DNA from: Eledone cirrhosa
Taxonomy: Eukaryota
Reading direction: 5' to 3'
NCBI GenBank assembly: GCA_964016885.1
Contig: OZ024743.1
Coordinates: 200,818,001 to 200,882,000, forward strand
DNA: 64,000 bases
A program made the position numbers and the translations under genes. Every line of letters begins with the position of its first letter. Position 1 is the first letter of the stretch. Below, piece after piece: positions 45,071 through 59,165 of the stretch. The notes under the pieces were generated by a model. That model saw only the letters and a list, made by a program, of their open reading frames with translations. It was not told where the DNA came from and did no database searches.

Positions 45071-45551
45071 TGTATATATATATATATGAGTGTGTGTGTA
45101 TGGAGGTGTAGAAAATGTCAATATGTCTGATACATATGTGTGAAGAGGTGATTTGCTTTGTCTCAATTATTATCATTATTATCATTATTATTCAACCTAC
45201 CATCATCATCATCACCATTATCAACTTCATCACACCTGCAATCCTCATTATTATCATTATTATTGTCAATACATATTGTTTTATTTTATAGTTTAGTAGG
45301 GTTTTTCTTTTGTGATTGCTGTTCATATTTAAAGGTATTATTCTTTCACAATTGGAAAACTGACAATATATCTCCCCCCACCCCACCCTCATCCACCTCC
45401 TATATTTATTTTAAATTTTATTTTATTTACATATTTCTTTTAGTTATTTGCATTCACTTTAGGTTAGAATACGTTTTACTTTCATATAATATGTATATGT
45501 ATAGACATGGCTCCATTTCTCTCTCTCTATATATATATGTGGATATATATA

Positions 45552-45619
<68 letters not shown>

Positions 45620-45702
45620 GGTATATATGTGTGTGTGTGTATATATATATATGTATATATATATGTATATATGTTTATATATACATATATATATATATAT
45701 AT

Positions 45703-47700
45703 ATTGGAATAAATGCTCTGAAATAGCGATATATATGTGAATATAGACATAGAATATTCGAAAATATTCTGTATGTTTATAATAAACATTTTGAAGACCT
45801 AATCGCTATAGAATAGAATACGTCACGTATTACAATTAGATTCTCGATAAAAGCAAGGGAAGTAATCTACGCGTTTCATTCTCGTTAGAAATCATCAGGA
45901 CTACATATCCAGTGCTTTTATCGAGAATGACACAGCTAGAGACTTATAGAATACTTAGCTGTGTACAGGAACTGGTTTGAAAGAGCGGTTGCCGGTCCGG
46001 CAGAAATTAGAAATTGGAATAAATGCTCTGAAATAGCGATATATATGTGAATATAGACATAGAATATTCGAAAATATTCTGTATGTTTATAATAAACATT
46101 CTGAAGACCTAATCGCTATAGAATAGAATACGTCACGTATTACAATTAGATTCTCGATAAAAGCAAGGGAAGTAATCTACGCGTTTCATTCTCGTTAGAA
46201 ATCATCAGGACTACATATCCAGTGCTTTTATCGAGAATGACACAGCTAGAGACTTATAGAATACTTAGCTGTGTACAGGAACTGGTTTGAAAGAGCGGTT
46301 GCCGGTCCGGCAGAAATTAGAAATTGGAATAAATGCTCTGAAATAGCGATATATATGTGAATATAGACATAGAATATTCGAAAATATTCTGTATGTTTAT
46401 AATAAACATTCTGAAGACCTAATCGCTATAGAATAGAATACGTCACGTATTACAATTAGATTCTCGATAAAAGCAAGGGAAGTAATCTACGCGTTTCATT
46501 CTCGTTAGAAATCATCAGGACTACATATCCAGTGCTTTTATCGAGAATGACACAGCTAGAGACTTATAGAATACTTAGCTGTGTACAGGAACTGGTTTGA
46601 AAGAGCGGTTGCCGGTCCGGCAGAAATTAGAAATTGGAATAAATGCTCTGAAATAGCGATATATATGTGAATATAGACATAGAATATTCGAAAATATTCT
46701 GTATGTTTATAATAAACATTCTGAAGACCTAATCGCTATAGAATAGAATACGTCACGTATTACAATTAGATTCTCGATAAAAGCAAGGGAAGTAATCTAC
46801 GCGTTTCATTCTCGTTAGAAATCATCAGGACTACATATCCAGTGCTTTTATCGAGAATGACACAGCTAGAGACTTATAGAATACTTAGCTGTGTACAGGA
46901 ACTGGTTTGAAAGAGCGGTTGCCGGTCCGGCAGAAATTAGAAATTGGAATAAATGCTCTGAAATAGCGATATATATGTGAATATAGACATAGAATATTCG
47001 AAAATATTCTGTATGTTTATAATAAACATTCTGAAGACCTAATCGCTATAGAATAGAATACGTCACGTATTACAATTAGATTCTCGATAAAAGCAAGGGA
47101 AGTAATCTACGCGTTTCATTCTCGTTAGAAATCATCAGGACTACATATCCAGTGCTTTTATCGAGAATGACACAGCTAGAGACTTATAGAATACTTAGCT
47201 GTGTACAGGAACTGGTTTGAAAGAGCGGTTGCCGGTCCGGCAGAAATTAGAAATTGGAATAAATGCTCTGAAATAGCGATATATATGTGAATATAGACAT
47301 AGAATATTCGAAAATATTCTGTATGTTTATAATAAACATTCTGAAGACCTAATCGCTATAGAATAGAATACGTCACGTATTACAATTAGATTCTCGATAA
47401 AAGCAAGGGAAGTAATCTACGCGTTTCATTCTCGTTAGAAATCATCAGGACTACATATCCAGTGCTTTTATCGAGAATGACACAGCTAGAGACTTATAGA
47501 ATACTTAGCTGTGTACAGGAACTGGTTTGAAAGAGCGGTTGCCGGTCCGGCAGAAATTAGAAATTGGAATAAATGCTCTGAAATAGCGATATATATGTGA
47601 ATATAGACATAGAATATTCGAAAATATTCTGTATGTTTATAATAAACATTCTGAAGACCTAATCGCTATAGAATAGAATACGTCACGTATTACAATTAGA
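45703..47700 (-). repeat. Left arm of 310-bp HHR (retrozyme-like) array: 6 units + 138 bp
   Basis: attggaataaatgc at 45703, 46013, 46323, 46633, 46943, 47253, 47563; tcatcag at 45892+310n (6 copies). Confidence 0.95.
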
Positions 47701-49264
47701 ATTCACATATATATCGCTATTTCAGAGCATTTATTCCAATTTCTAATTTCTGCCGGACCGGCAACCGCTCTTTCAAACCAGTTCCTGTACACAGCTAAGT
47801 ATTCTATAAGTCTCTAGCTGTGTCATTCTCGATAAAAGCACTGGATATGTAGTCCTGATGATTTCTAACGAGAATGAAACGCGTAGATTACTTCCCTTGC
47901 TTTTATCGAGAATCTAATTGTAATACGTGACGTATTCTATTCTATAGCGATTAGGTCTTCAGAATGTTTATTATAAACATACAGAATATTTTCGAATATT
48001 CTATGTCTATATTCACATATATATCGCTATTTCAGAGCATTTATTCCAATTTCTAATTTCTGCCGGACCGGCAACCGCTCTTTCAAACCAGTTCCTGTAC
48101 ACAGCTAAGTATTCTATAAGTCTCTAGCTGTGTCATTCTCGATAAAAGCACTGGATATGTAGTCCTGATGATTTCTAACGAGAATGAAACGCGTAGATTA
48201 CTTCCCTTGCTTTTATCGAGAATCTAATTGTAATACGTGACGTATTCTATTCTATAGCGATTAGGTCTTCAGAATGTTTATTATAAACATACAGAATATT
48301 TTCGAATATTCTATGTCTATATTCACATATATATCGCTATTTCAGAGCATTTATTCCAATTTCTAATTTCTGCCGGACCGGCAACCGCTCTTTCAAACCA
48401 GTTCCTGTACACAGCTAAGTATTCTATAAGTCTCTAGCTGTGTCATTCTCGATAAAAGCACTGGATATGTAGTCCTGATGATTTCTAACGAGAATGAAAC
48501 GCGTAGATTACTTCCCTTGCTTTTATCGAGAATCTAATTGTAATACGTGACGTATTCTATTCTATAGCGATTAGGTCTTCAGAATGTTTATTATAAACAT
48601 ACAGAATATTTTCGAATATTCTATGTCTATATTCACATATATATCGCTATTTCAGAGCATTTATTCCAATTTCTAATTTCTGCCGGACCGGCAACCGCTC
48701 TTTCAAACCAGTTCCTGTACACAGCTAAGTATTCTATAAGTCTCTAGCTGTGTCATTCTCGATAAAAGCACTGGATATGTAGTCCTGATGATTTCTAACG
48801 AGAATGAAACGCGTAGATTACTTCCCTTGCTTTTATCGAGAATCTAATTGTAATACGTGACGTATTCTATTCTATAGCGATTAGGTCTTCAGAATGTTTA
48901 TTATAAACATACAGAATATTTTCGAATATTCTATGTCTATATTCACATATATATCGCTATTTCAGAGCATTTATTCCAATTTCTAATTTCTGCCGGACCG
49001 GCAACCGCTCTTTCAAACCAGTTCCTGTACACAGCTAAGTATTCTATAAGTCTCTAGCTGTGTCATTCTCGATAAAAGCACTGGATATGTAGTCCTGATG
49101 ATTTCTAACGAGAATGAAACGCGTAGATTACTTCCCTTGCTTTTATCGAGAATCTAATTGTAATACGTGACGTATTCTATTCTATAGCGATTAGGTCTTC
49201 AGAATGTTTATTATAAACATACAGAATATTTTCGAATATTCTATGTCTATATTCACATATATAT
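47701..49264 (+). repeat. Right (inverted) arm of 310-bp HHR array: 5 units
   Basis: attcacatat at 47701, 48011, 48321, 48631, 48941, 49251; reverse complement of left arm. Confidence 0.95.
47825..47913 (+). ncRNA. Type I hammerhead ribozyme (representative of 11 copies)
   Basis: AUUCUCGAUAAAAGCA-(loop)-GUAGUC-CUGAUGA-U UUCU AACG AGAA U-GAAA-CGCG-UA^-GAUUAC-(loop)-UGCUUUUAUCGAGAAU; predicted cleavage after 47885. Confidence 0.85.
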
Positions 49265-49308
49265 ATATATATATATGTAAATATGTATATAAATATTTAT
49301 ATATATAT

Positions 49309-49407
<99 letters not shown>

Positions 49408-49437
49408 CATATATATATATATATATACATATATATT

Positions 49438-49479
<42 letters not shown>

Positions 49480-49953
49480 CATATATACATATATATATAC
49501 ATATATACATATATATATACACACACATACATATATACCTATATACATATATATATACACACACACACACATATATATATGCCTATATGTATGTACACAC
49601 ACGCACACACATATATATAAAGAGTGAGTATTTGTACCTTCATCATCAGTATCTCCATGATCTTCACTCTGTACCACATGATCACTACCATCATCATTAT
49701 CACCATCTCCATGACAATGATAATGATGATGGTGGTGATGATGAAATCTTCAATGTTGGTATTGTTGTATTAATTCCATCCTCCTTCAACTCATTACTAT
49801 CACCACCACCACCACCACCACCACCACCACCACCACCACCACGACCACCACCATCACCACCACCACCACCCTCACATTCATCTTTACTGCCACCACTCTC
49901 TGCACCCTCATCATCTCCATTATAATCTTCATCATGATAATAATCATCATCAT

Positions 49954-49987
<34 letters not shown>

Positions 49988-50510
49988 TGAATCACCATCA
50001 CTTTCATCCTTACTGCCACCACTCTCCACAACCTCATCATCTCCATTACAATCATCTCCATCATAATAATAATCATCATCATCATCATTCATATTATCAC
50101 ATTTATTGTCAGCATTCTTATTATTAAAAAAACTCCCCCAAATCATAAAATAACAACAACAATAATGACAATAATAACAATAGCAACTGCTCCTCTTTTA
50201 TAAGATTTTTGGCAAAAGAAGTAAAACAATGAATATAATGGTAGCAGAAAGAATTGTTTTTTGGGGTGCAAGTTAAAGCTCTGTATAAGTTAAAGCTATG
50301 TATCGGATATGATTGCAGTTAGTGTAGTAGAAAATGCTGCCATCTTTGGCATCCACTGTCTTGAATAGGCAATCAAGAATGGATTAATGTCTCTAGAATT
50401 TTTCTTTCATGGAACTACTATTGTTCAGAATGTTACATGTCTTTTTAAAGACTTAAAATTTCATTTGCCCACCCACCACCTTTGAATTAGAAATCAAAAG
50501 ATTTTACCAA

Positions 50511-50543
<33 letters not shown>

Positions 50544-50548
50544 CATGC

Positions 50549-50636
<88 letters not shown>

Positions 50637-50959
50637 ATATATACACATACACATATACACATATATATATATATATATATAAATATACATATTTATATTC
50701 ATATATATGTATATCTGTAAATATAAATATGTATGTATATATATATATAAATATATATATAACAATAAGGTTAGGATCACAGTGGTAGTACATATCTCTT
50801 ACACAGACACACAGGTTCAGAGATACAAATGTATGTAGATACATATATACACACATGTGCACATTCAGTGCCACATACAGTTACTCACACACATATACTC
50901 ACATACTCATGTGCATACAGATTCACATAAATGCATACATATATACGTACATACATACA

Positions 50960-50995
<36 letters not shown>

Positions 50996-51578
50996 TATAT
51001 ATACATACATAGATATATATCCAATTACACTCACACAAAAACACACATACTTACATACACACTAATGCATAGGCAGATACACGCACACAAACATACACAC
51101 ATATGAACACTCATTCATATGCATATACATGCATACACACATATGCATACATACATAGGTACACACATTCATATACATATACATGTATATACACATATAC
51201 ATGTATATACACATATACACACATATACTACTACTGGTACTCCATCAGTTATGACAACGAGTGTTCCAGTTGATACGATCAACGGAACAGCTTGCTTGTG
51301 AAACTAACGTTCAAGTGGCTGAGCATTCCACAAACATGCATACCTTTAATCTTGTACTCAGGGAGATTCAGCATGACAAGGCTAGCATTTCGAATTGTAA
51401 TTCCAACACATTTTTGCCAGATGAGTGGACTGAAGCATTGTGAAATAAAGTGTCTTGCTCAAGGACATAATGCACTGCCAGGAATTGAACTCATGAACTG
51501 ATGATTGTGAGCCCATATATACATATACATACATAACATAACCATTGTGAGATACATACATAACATAACCATTGTGAG

Positions 51579-51637
<59 letters not shown>

Positions 51638-51706
51638 ACATAACCATAACATAACCATAATATAACTGTACCAAAACATAACTATAATGCAACCATAACC
51701 ATATTA

Positions 51707-52507
<801 letters not shown>

Positions 52508-52509
52508 TA

Positions 52510-53455
52510 TAATATATAACATAATATAACCTTAATATCTAACATAACATAACCTTATTACATAACATATAACATAACATAACCATAACATAATTGGCAC
52601 ATAAAACATAATGTTATTATATAACATATAACATAATATAATCTTAATATAACAACCATAACATAACCGTAACATAAAGCATAACAGCCATAATATAACC
52701 ATAATATTTAACATAATGTAACAGTAACATATAATATAACCTTATTATATAACACATAACATAATATAACCTTAATATTTAACATAACTTAACCATAATA
52801 TAACAATAATATTTAACATAAGGTAACAGTAACATTTAAACCTTATTATATAACATATAACATAATATAACCATAATATTTAACTTTGCCTTTCATCCCT
52901 ACGGGGTCGATAAAATAACGTACCAGTAATGCACTAGGTAATTGCTGGCCTTGTGCCAAAAGTAGAAACAATTATATAACATATAACATAATATAACCTT
53001 AATATTTAACATAACATAACCATAATATAACCATAATATTTAACATAAGGTAACAGTAACATATAATATAACCTTATTATATAACATATAACATAATATA
53101 ACCAAAATATTTAACATAATGTAACAGTAACATAAAACATAACCTTATATATCATATAACATAATATAACCTTATATATCATATAACATAATATAACCTT
53201 ATATATCATATAACATAATATAACCTTATATATCATATAACATAATATAACCTTATATATCATATAACATAATATAACCTTAATATTTAACAATACATAA
53301 CCTCAATATTTAACATAATATAACCTTGATATTTAACATAATGTAACAGCAACATAAAATATAACCTTATTATATAACATAACCATAATATAGCCATCAT
53401 ATTTAACATAATATAACAGTAACATAAAATATAACCTTATTATATAACATAACCA
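52510..53455. repeat. (CATAA/TAAC)-rich degenerate minisatellite with a SINE A fragment at ~52880-52974
   Basis: Direct inspection. Confidence 0.8.
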
Positions 53456-53773
53456 ATGAAATAATGAAAAATAAATAAATAAATAAACCAATAAATAAAA
53501 TTAAATAAAATAAAAAACAAAAAAAACAACAACAGCAATTATAAAAGAATATTAATTAAAAAAAGTAAGACTAATCAATTAAAATGGTGTGGGATGGGAT
53601 AATATACATTTTAACACTTATAATAACTACATGTTACTGCTTTAAGTACAGAAAATATAATTTCTTTTACATGATTTTCTAATTACAACTACAAATTGCC
53701 ACATCGTTTACAATAATGAACTTGACACAAATTTATTTTTGATCCTACAAACATGCTCTTGTGTAGTTAATTT

Positions 53774-53828
<55 letters not shown>

Positions 53829-54360
53829 CCTCTCTCATTATCCCCCCTTTCTCTCTGATTATCCCTCTCCTCCTCTCTCTTTCTCTTTCTCTCTCTTTCA
53901 TTATCCCTCTTTCTCTTTTTCTCTCTCATTATCCCCCTCTCCCTCTTTCTCATTATCCCACCCCCCACTCTCGCTAATCCCTCTAATCAGTCGTGTTGGA
54001 CTGTTCCAAGAGTGTTCTAGTTATTCAAACAACAGAACAACAGCATGTTCATGAAATAAACATACTTGTACAAGTGTTTGGGTATTCCACAGATAAAGAC
54101 ACACGTACCGAAGTTCTCGAGAAGATTCAGCATGACACAGTGAGTGACGTGGCCAACGGCTAAGTCATGAGTTACATTCCTGTAATATGTACGTACACAC
54201 ACTTGCACACACACACATACACACACATACACACTCGCACACACACACATACTCACACACACATACTCACACACACTCGCACGCACACATACTCACACAC
54301 ACTCACACACTCACACACACTCGCACACACACACACATACGCACACACACTCGCACACAT

Positions 54361-54392
<32 letters not shown>

Positions 54393-54800
54393 GCGCACGC
54401 AGTGACGTCTCAAGGCCAACAGCTCTTTGGAATACAGATACAGCTGGTCATATTTTTTTTCAGATGACAAGAGTGGAGAAACGTAAAATAAATGTTTTGC
54501 TCAAGGATACAATGTGCTGCCTCTTTTGAGAATCAAACTCATGACTTCAGTGAAGGCAGTGGCGTATTGTTGGGGGTGCATGGTAGTACAACTGCACTCC
54601 CAAAATGATTGTGGAAAATTTAGTCATTTTTGTCTGAAATTTATGATTGGAGCAGAAATTTATGATTTTTCAGAAATTTATGATTGTGAAGATTTTAATT
54701 ATGAAGGTGTTAGGATTACAATTGGTAAGTTACATTGTTATAATATGTAAACACACATGTACACACACATATAGATATATATATATATATAGATAGATAT

Positions 54801-54840
<40 letters not shown>

Positions 54841-54944
54841 AGGCAGAGAGGCAGACAGATAAATAGATAGATAGGTAGATAGATATATAGATAGATAGAT
54901 AAAAAGACAGACAGGCAGATATATACATAGGTTAACCCAATATC

Positions 54945-54988
<44 letters not shown>

Positions 54989-54992
54989 ATAT

Positions 54993-55111
54993 GAAAAGAT
55001 TCAGGACCCCGACGGCTGAGCTTCGGCCGTTTCGACAGCTAGATCTGAACTAAATTGCTGGCATTCGAACGGCGGGAATCTAGCTGAATTTATCAAGGGG
55101 GTACAGTCCAA
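54993..55111 (-). ncRNA. Type I hammerhead-like motif with U3:A8 core (family B)
   Basis: GGACUGUACCCCC-UUGAUAA-AUUCAGCUAGAU...AUCUAGCUGUC-GAAA-CGGC CGAAGCUCA GCCG-UC^-GGGGUCC. Confidence 0.7.
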
Positions 55112-55656
55112 ATATATACATATATACATATAGTGGCCGACTGGCCAGGTTGCCAGGTTGCCCAATGGCAAATGGGCCCCAGTGGGCCCACAGTAGCATT
55201 ACAAGAGCCCACAGTAGCATTGCAGGGTCCACTGTAGTATTTTAGGGGCCAATGCTTTGCTTTCAAAAAATACCTGTAATCTAAGAGAAAGAATAACATT
55301 TTTTTAAAAAATAAATAAAACAATTCCCCAGGGAGTTACTAAAAACCAAAATATACGTTAGTGCAAGTAGCTGGAATCAGTGATTGTACATTCTACTAAA
55401 TTGTGTGAACACACACAAAAACAAGATGGCGTAGGACAGAACAAAGGAGAGGCACAAAACAAAGAAAAGAATCCCCAGTCACTGAAGAGGTCACAGAATG
55501 TGTGACGAAAGAACTTTGACAATATATGAACAACCGTCCGGTTATGGAACCAACCAACCAATTCTTAAATTTATAAATTTAATTTATAATACATTGGAGT
55601 GAAAGCAACTGGTGCGTGTGTTTCTTATTGGCAACATGACCCTCCCAAAGCATAAC

Positions 55657-55691
<35 letters not shown>

Positions 55692-55820
55692 GGGGGGGGG
55701 GGGAGAGGAGAGGGAGAAATGAGGTGTGACAGAAATGAAACATGGATTACAGGTTAAAATATAGTCTAGATAGATGTGAAACAAAACGAGGATGTAGTTT
55801 ATGTAACACCCAAACGATTT

Positions 55821-56250
55821 AGAAGTCGACCTTAAATAGGAGCAATATCATTAAGAAAGAGATGAACGATTCACAACACTTTGTTTTGAAAGTAGGTTTA
55901 TAAGTATGAATTTTCATGAGATTTTTGTGGTTGTCTCTAGATGCTAGATATGGTGGAAATCCTGACCTTGGGTTCAATCCTGGTCAAGAGGTACATGTAA
56001 ACTTTTTCAGTTTTTATTTTACAACCAATAGAAAAAACTGAAACGTTTTACTGGGAACCCTACTACCGACCAGGATAGAACTTCAGACCAGGATCACCAA
56101 CGTCTATGATTTCTCCAACCAGGCCACCGAGACAGCTACGAAAGTATAATGAAAATTGATAATTATAAACCTACTTTCAAAATCAAATTTAAAACGATGT
56201 GTCGTTCATGGCTCTCCTAGAGCTATTAGTAATATTTAGGGTCGACTTCT
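55821..56250. mobile_element. Fold-back MITE-like segment with ~100-bp imperfect TIRs
   Basis: agaagtcgaccttaaata / tatttagggtcgacttct and ttttgaaagtaggtttataa / ttataaacctactttcaaaa. Confidence 0.55.
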
Positions 56251-56377
56251 GGTCTTTATTGAAAGTCTCTGCATTTCGCAAAATACATAATATTTTTTAT
56301 TGGAGAAGGTAAGATAGTTTTTCGCAAAAATTTGATTGCACTGTTTTGTTTCCACTTATGTACTTTTCGAAAATATT

Positions 56378-56564
56378 GGATTGGCAGTGTCGGTAGAGGG
56401 TCGGACGCTATGCTTTGACGCACAGCGTAACGGCCCTTGCCATTCTGAGTTCGAATCCCGCCGAGGTTAACTTTGCCTTTCATCCTTACGAGGTCGATAA
56501 AATAAAGTACCAGTAATGTACTGGGTAATTGCTGGCTTTGTGCCAAAAAGTAGAAACAATTATT
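56378..56564 (+). mobile_element. SINE family A inside the hAT element
   Basis: Match to family A. Confidence 0.85.
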
Positions 56565-56969
56565 TATTCATTATAAAAATCAAATGTTAGCATTCTCTAT
56601 GTAGGTGGGCCCTCATCATCTCCTGGCAACCAATATTTTTAGACCCAGTCCGCCACTGTATACATATATATATATATACGTATATATATATATATATATA
56701 TTTGAAAAGGGAAGTAAGGTTCTATACAAAACAAAGGTGAGATTGAAAATAACACGGAAAATATATTTAAGTGTCTGTTTTTCTTTTTTTCCTTTCTTTG
56801 ATTTGTCAAAGTGACATTATTGAAGAAATGAGAGGGAGAATTCTGTTAAAAAAGAGTTCTATAATATATATAAAGTATAACTGGTTTCAATGTATTAGTA
56901 TTCATCTTATCAAATGTTGAGTATTACAATTAAAGAGAATGAATAAGAATTAAAAACTAATATATATAT

Positions 56970-57151
56970 AATTATTTCTACTATTGGCACAAGGCCAGCA
57001 ATTACCCAGTACATTACTGGTACTTTATTTTATCGACCCCGTAAGGATGAAAGGCAAAGTTAACCTCGGCAGGATTTGAACTCAGAATGGCAAGGGCCGT
57101 AACTCTATGCGTCAAATCATAGTGTCCGCCCTCTACCGATACTGCCAATTC
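56970..57151 (-). mobile_element. SINE family A
   Basis: Match to family A. Confidence 0.85.
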
Positions 57152-57217
57152 AATAAATATATATATAATATTATTCAAAATATTAATAAATGAGAAATAT
57201 TATCATAACCAAAGTAT

Positions 57218-57285
57218 ATATTTTATTATAGATATTTCAAAGGTACAATGGTGTTTCAGTACGTTTTCATCAGAGATAAAATATA
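57218..57285 (-). ncRNA. Hammerhead motif, divergent family C copy
   Basis: UAUUUUAUCU-CUGAUGA-AAACGUAC...GUACCUUU-GAAA-UAUCUA-UA-AUAAAAUA. Confidence 0.55.
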
Positions 57286-57523
57286 TAAGAGATTGGATAT
57301 ACGACATACCGCTAAGGTCTTGAATCTTCAAATTCCTGTAGTGGCAGTTATATATATATATAGGTAGATATAAAGGCAGAATAGTGTCAATGTCGTTGGA
57401 GTTATCTGATTAATAAACTCATCTATTGGTTGTTCTGGCTATTTTACTTTCTAATTTCAAATCCTGCTGAAGATAACTTGGTCTTTTCCTCAAATCGTAC
57501 AAATGATCTGGGGATTGGACATG

Positions 57524-57938
57524 AGCAGTAGTAGTGGTGGTGGTGGTGGTGGTAGTGGTGGTGGTGGTAGTGGTGACAGTGGTAGTGGTGGTGGTGGTGA
57601 CAGTAGTAGTGGTGGTGGTAGTAGTGGTATTGGTGGTGGTACTAGTGGTAGTGGTGGCAGTAGTAGTGGTGGTGGCAGTAGTAATGGTGGAGGTAGTAGT
57701 AGTGGTGGTGGTGGTGGTGGTAGTGGTGGTGGTGGTGGTATTAGTAGTGGTGGTGGTAGTAATGGAAGTAGTAGTCGTGGTGGTGGTGACAGTAGTAGTA
57801 GTGGTGGTAGTAGTGGTAGTGGTGGCAGTAGTAGTGGTGGTGGCAGTAATAGTGGTGGAGGTAGTAGTAGTGGTAGTGGTGGTGGTGGTGGTTTTGAAGG
57901 TAGTGGTAGTAGTTGTGGTGGTGGTGGTAGTAGTAGTT

Positions 57939-57979
<41 letters not shown>

Positions 57980-59165
57980 GGTGGTGGTGGTGGTAGTGGT
58001 GGTGGTTTTGGTGGTAGTAGTAGTAGTAGAAGTGGTGGTAGTGGTAGTGGTAGTGGTTTTGGTGGTAGTAGTAGTAGTAGTAGAAGTGGTGGTGGTGGTA
58101 GTAGTGATGGTGGTGCCAGCAGTAGTAGTAGTAGTAGTAATAGCAGTAATAGTAGCAATAGTAGTAATAGTAGCAACAGCAGCAGTAGTAGTAGTAGTAG
58201 TAATAGCAGTAATAGTAGTAATAGTAGTAATAGTAGTAATAGTAGCAACAGCAGCAGTAGCAGCAGCAGTAGCATGAAGAAGAAGAAGAAGAAGAAGAAG
58301 AAGAAGAAGAAGAGATGTTAGAGAAAGAAGATAGAGACAGACAGGGGTGATGAGGAAGGGAAAGCCATCAAGTATGTTGTAAGATTATAAAGAGAAGGCA
58401 CTAGACTACAATATGTGAAGTTAGACATATGTTTATCTCACAGTCAGATAAAAAGGTCCACAATATTTTATGGTACTTTATTATTGTTACTGTGGTTGTC
58501 ATTGTTGTTGTTGTCGTTGTTGTTGTTGTTGATATCGTTGTCATTTTTCTTGTTGTCATTGTTGTTGTTATTGTTGTTGTCATTGTTGTTGTCATTGTTG
58601 TTGTCGTTATTTTTGTTGTTGTTATTGTTGTCATTGTTGTTGTTGTTATTTTCGTTGTTGTCATTGTTGTTGTCGTTGTTGTTGTTGTTTTTTGTGGTGG
58701 TTCTTGTCATTATTGTTATTGGCATTGATGTTGCTGTTGTTGTTGTCATTTTTGTTATTGTCATTGTTATATTTCTCCATGTTGTTGGCGTTAGTGCTGT
58801 TGTTGTGATTATTGTTTTTGTTGTAGTTGTTATTGCTGTCGTCATTGCTTTTGTTATTGCTATTGTTGTTATTATTAATGTCGTCGTCGTTGGTGGTGGT
58901 AGTGGTGGTGGTGGTCGTGGTGATAGTAGTTTTTGTGTTAGTTGTGGTATTAGTGGGTGGTTATAGCATTGGTGTTGGTGATATTGGTGGTAGTGTTGTT
59001 GGAATTGGTATTGGTTGTATTGGGTGTTTGCTGTGTTGGTGGGTGTTGATGGTGTTGATGGTGGTGGTATATGTGGGTGGCAAAAGTTATGGTGGTAGCA
59101 GTGGTGTTAGTAGTGCTGTTATTGTTGGGTGCTAATAATTATGTGGTGGTGGTGGTGGTGGTGGG
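57524..59165. repeat. (GGT/AGT)n, (GAA)n and (GTT)n trinucleotide tracts
   Basis: Direct inspection. Confidence 0.9.

Larger units (their letters stand above)
55131..56658. mobile_element. Non-autonomous hAT element with nested insertions
   Basis: TIRs tagtggccgactgg / ccagtccgccactg; 8-bp TSD TATACATA on both sides. Confidence 0.75.

Noticed and set aside
46101-46140. Second, antisense hammerhead in the 310-bp unit (CUGAAGA...GAAUACGUC)
   Set aside because: Lacks GAAA and has no stem I pairing
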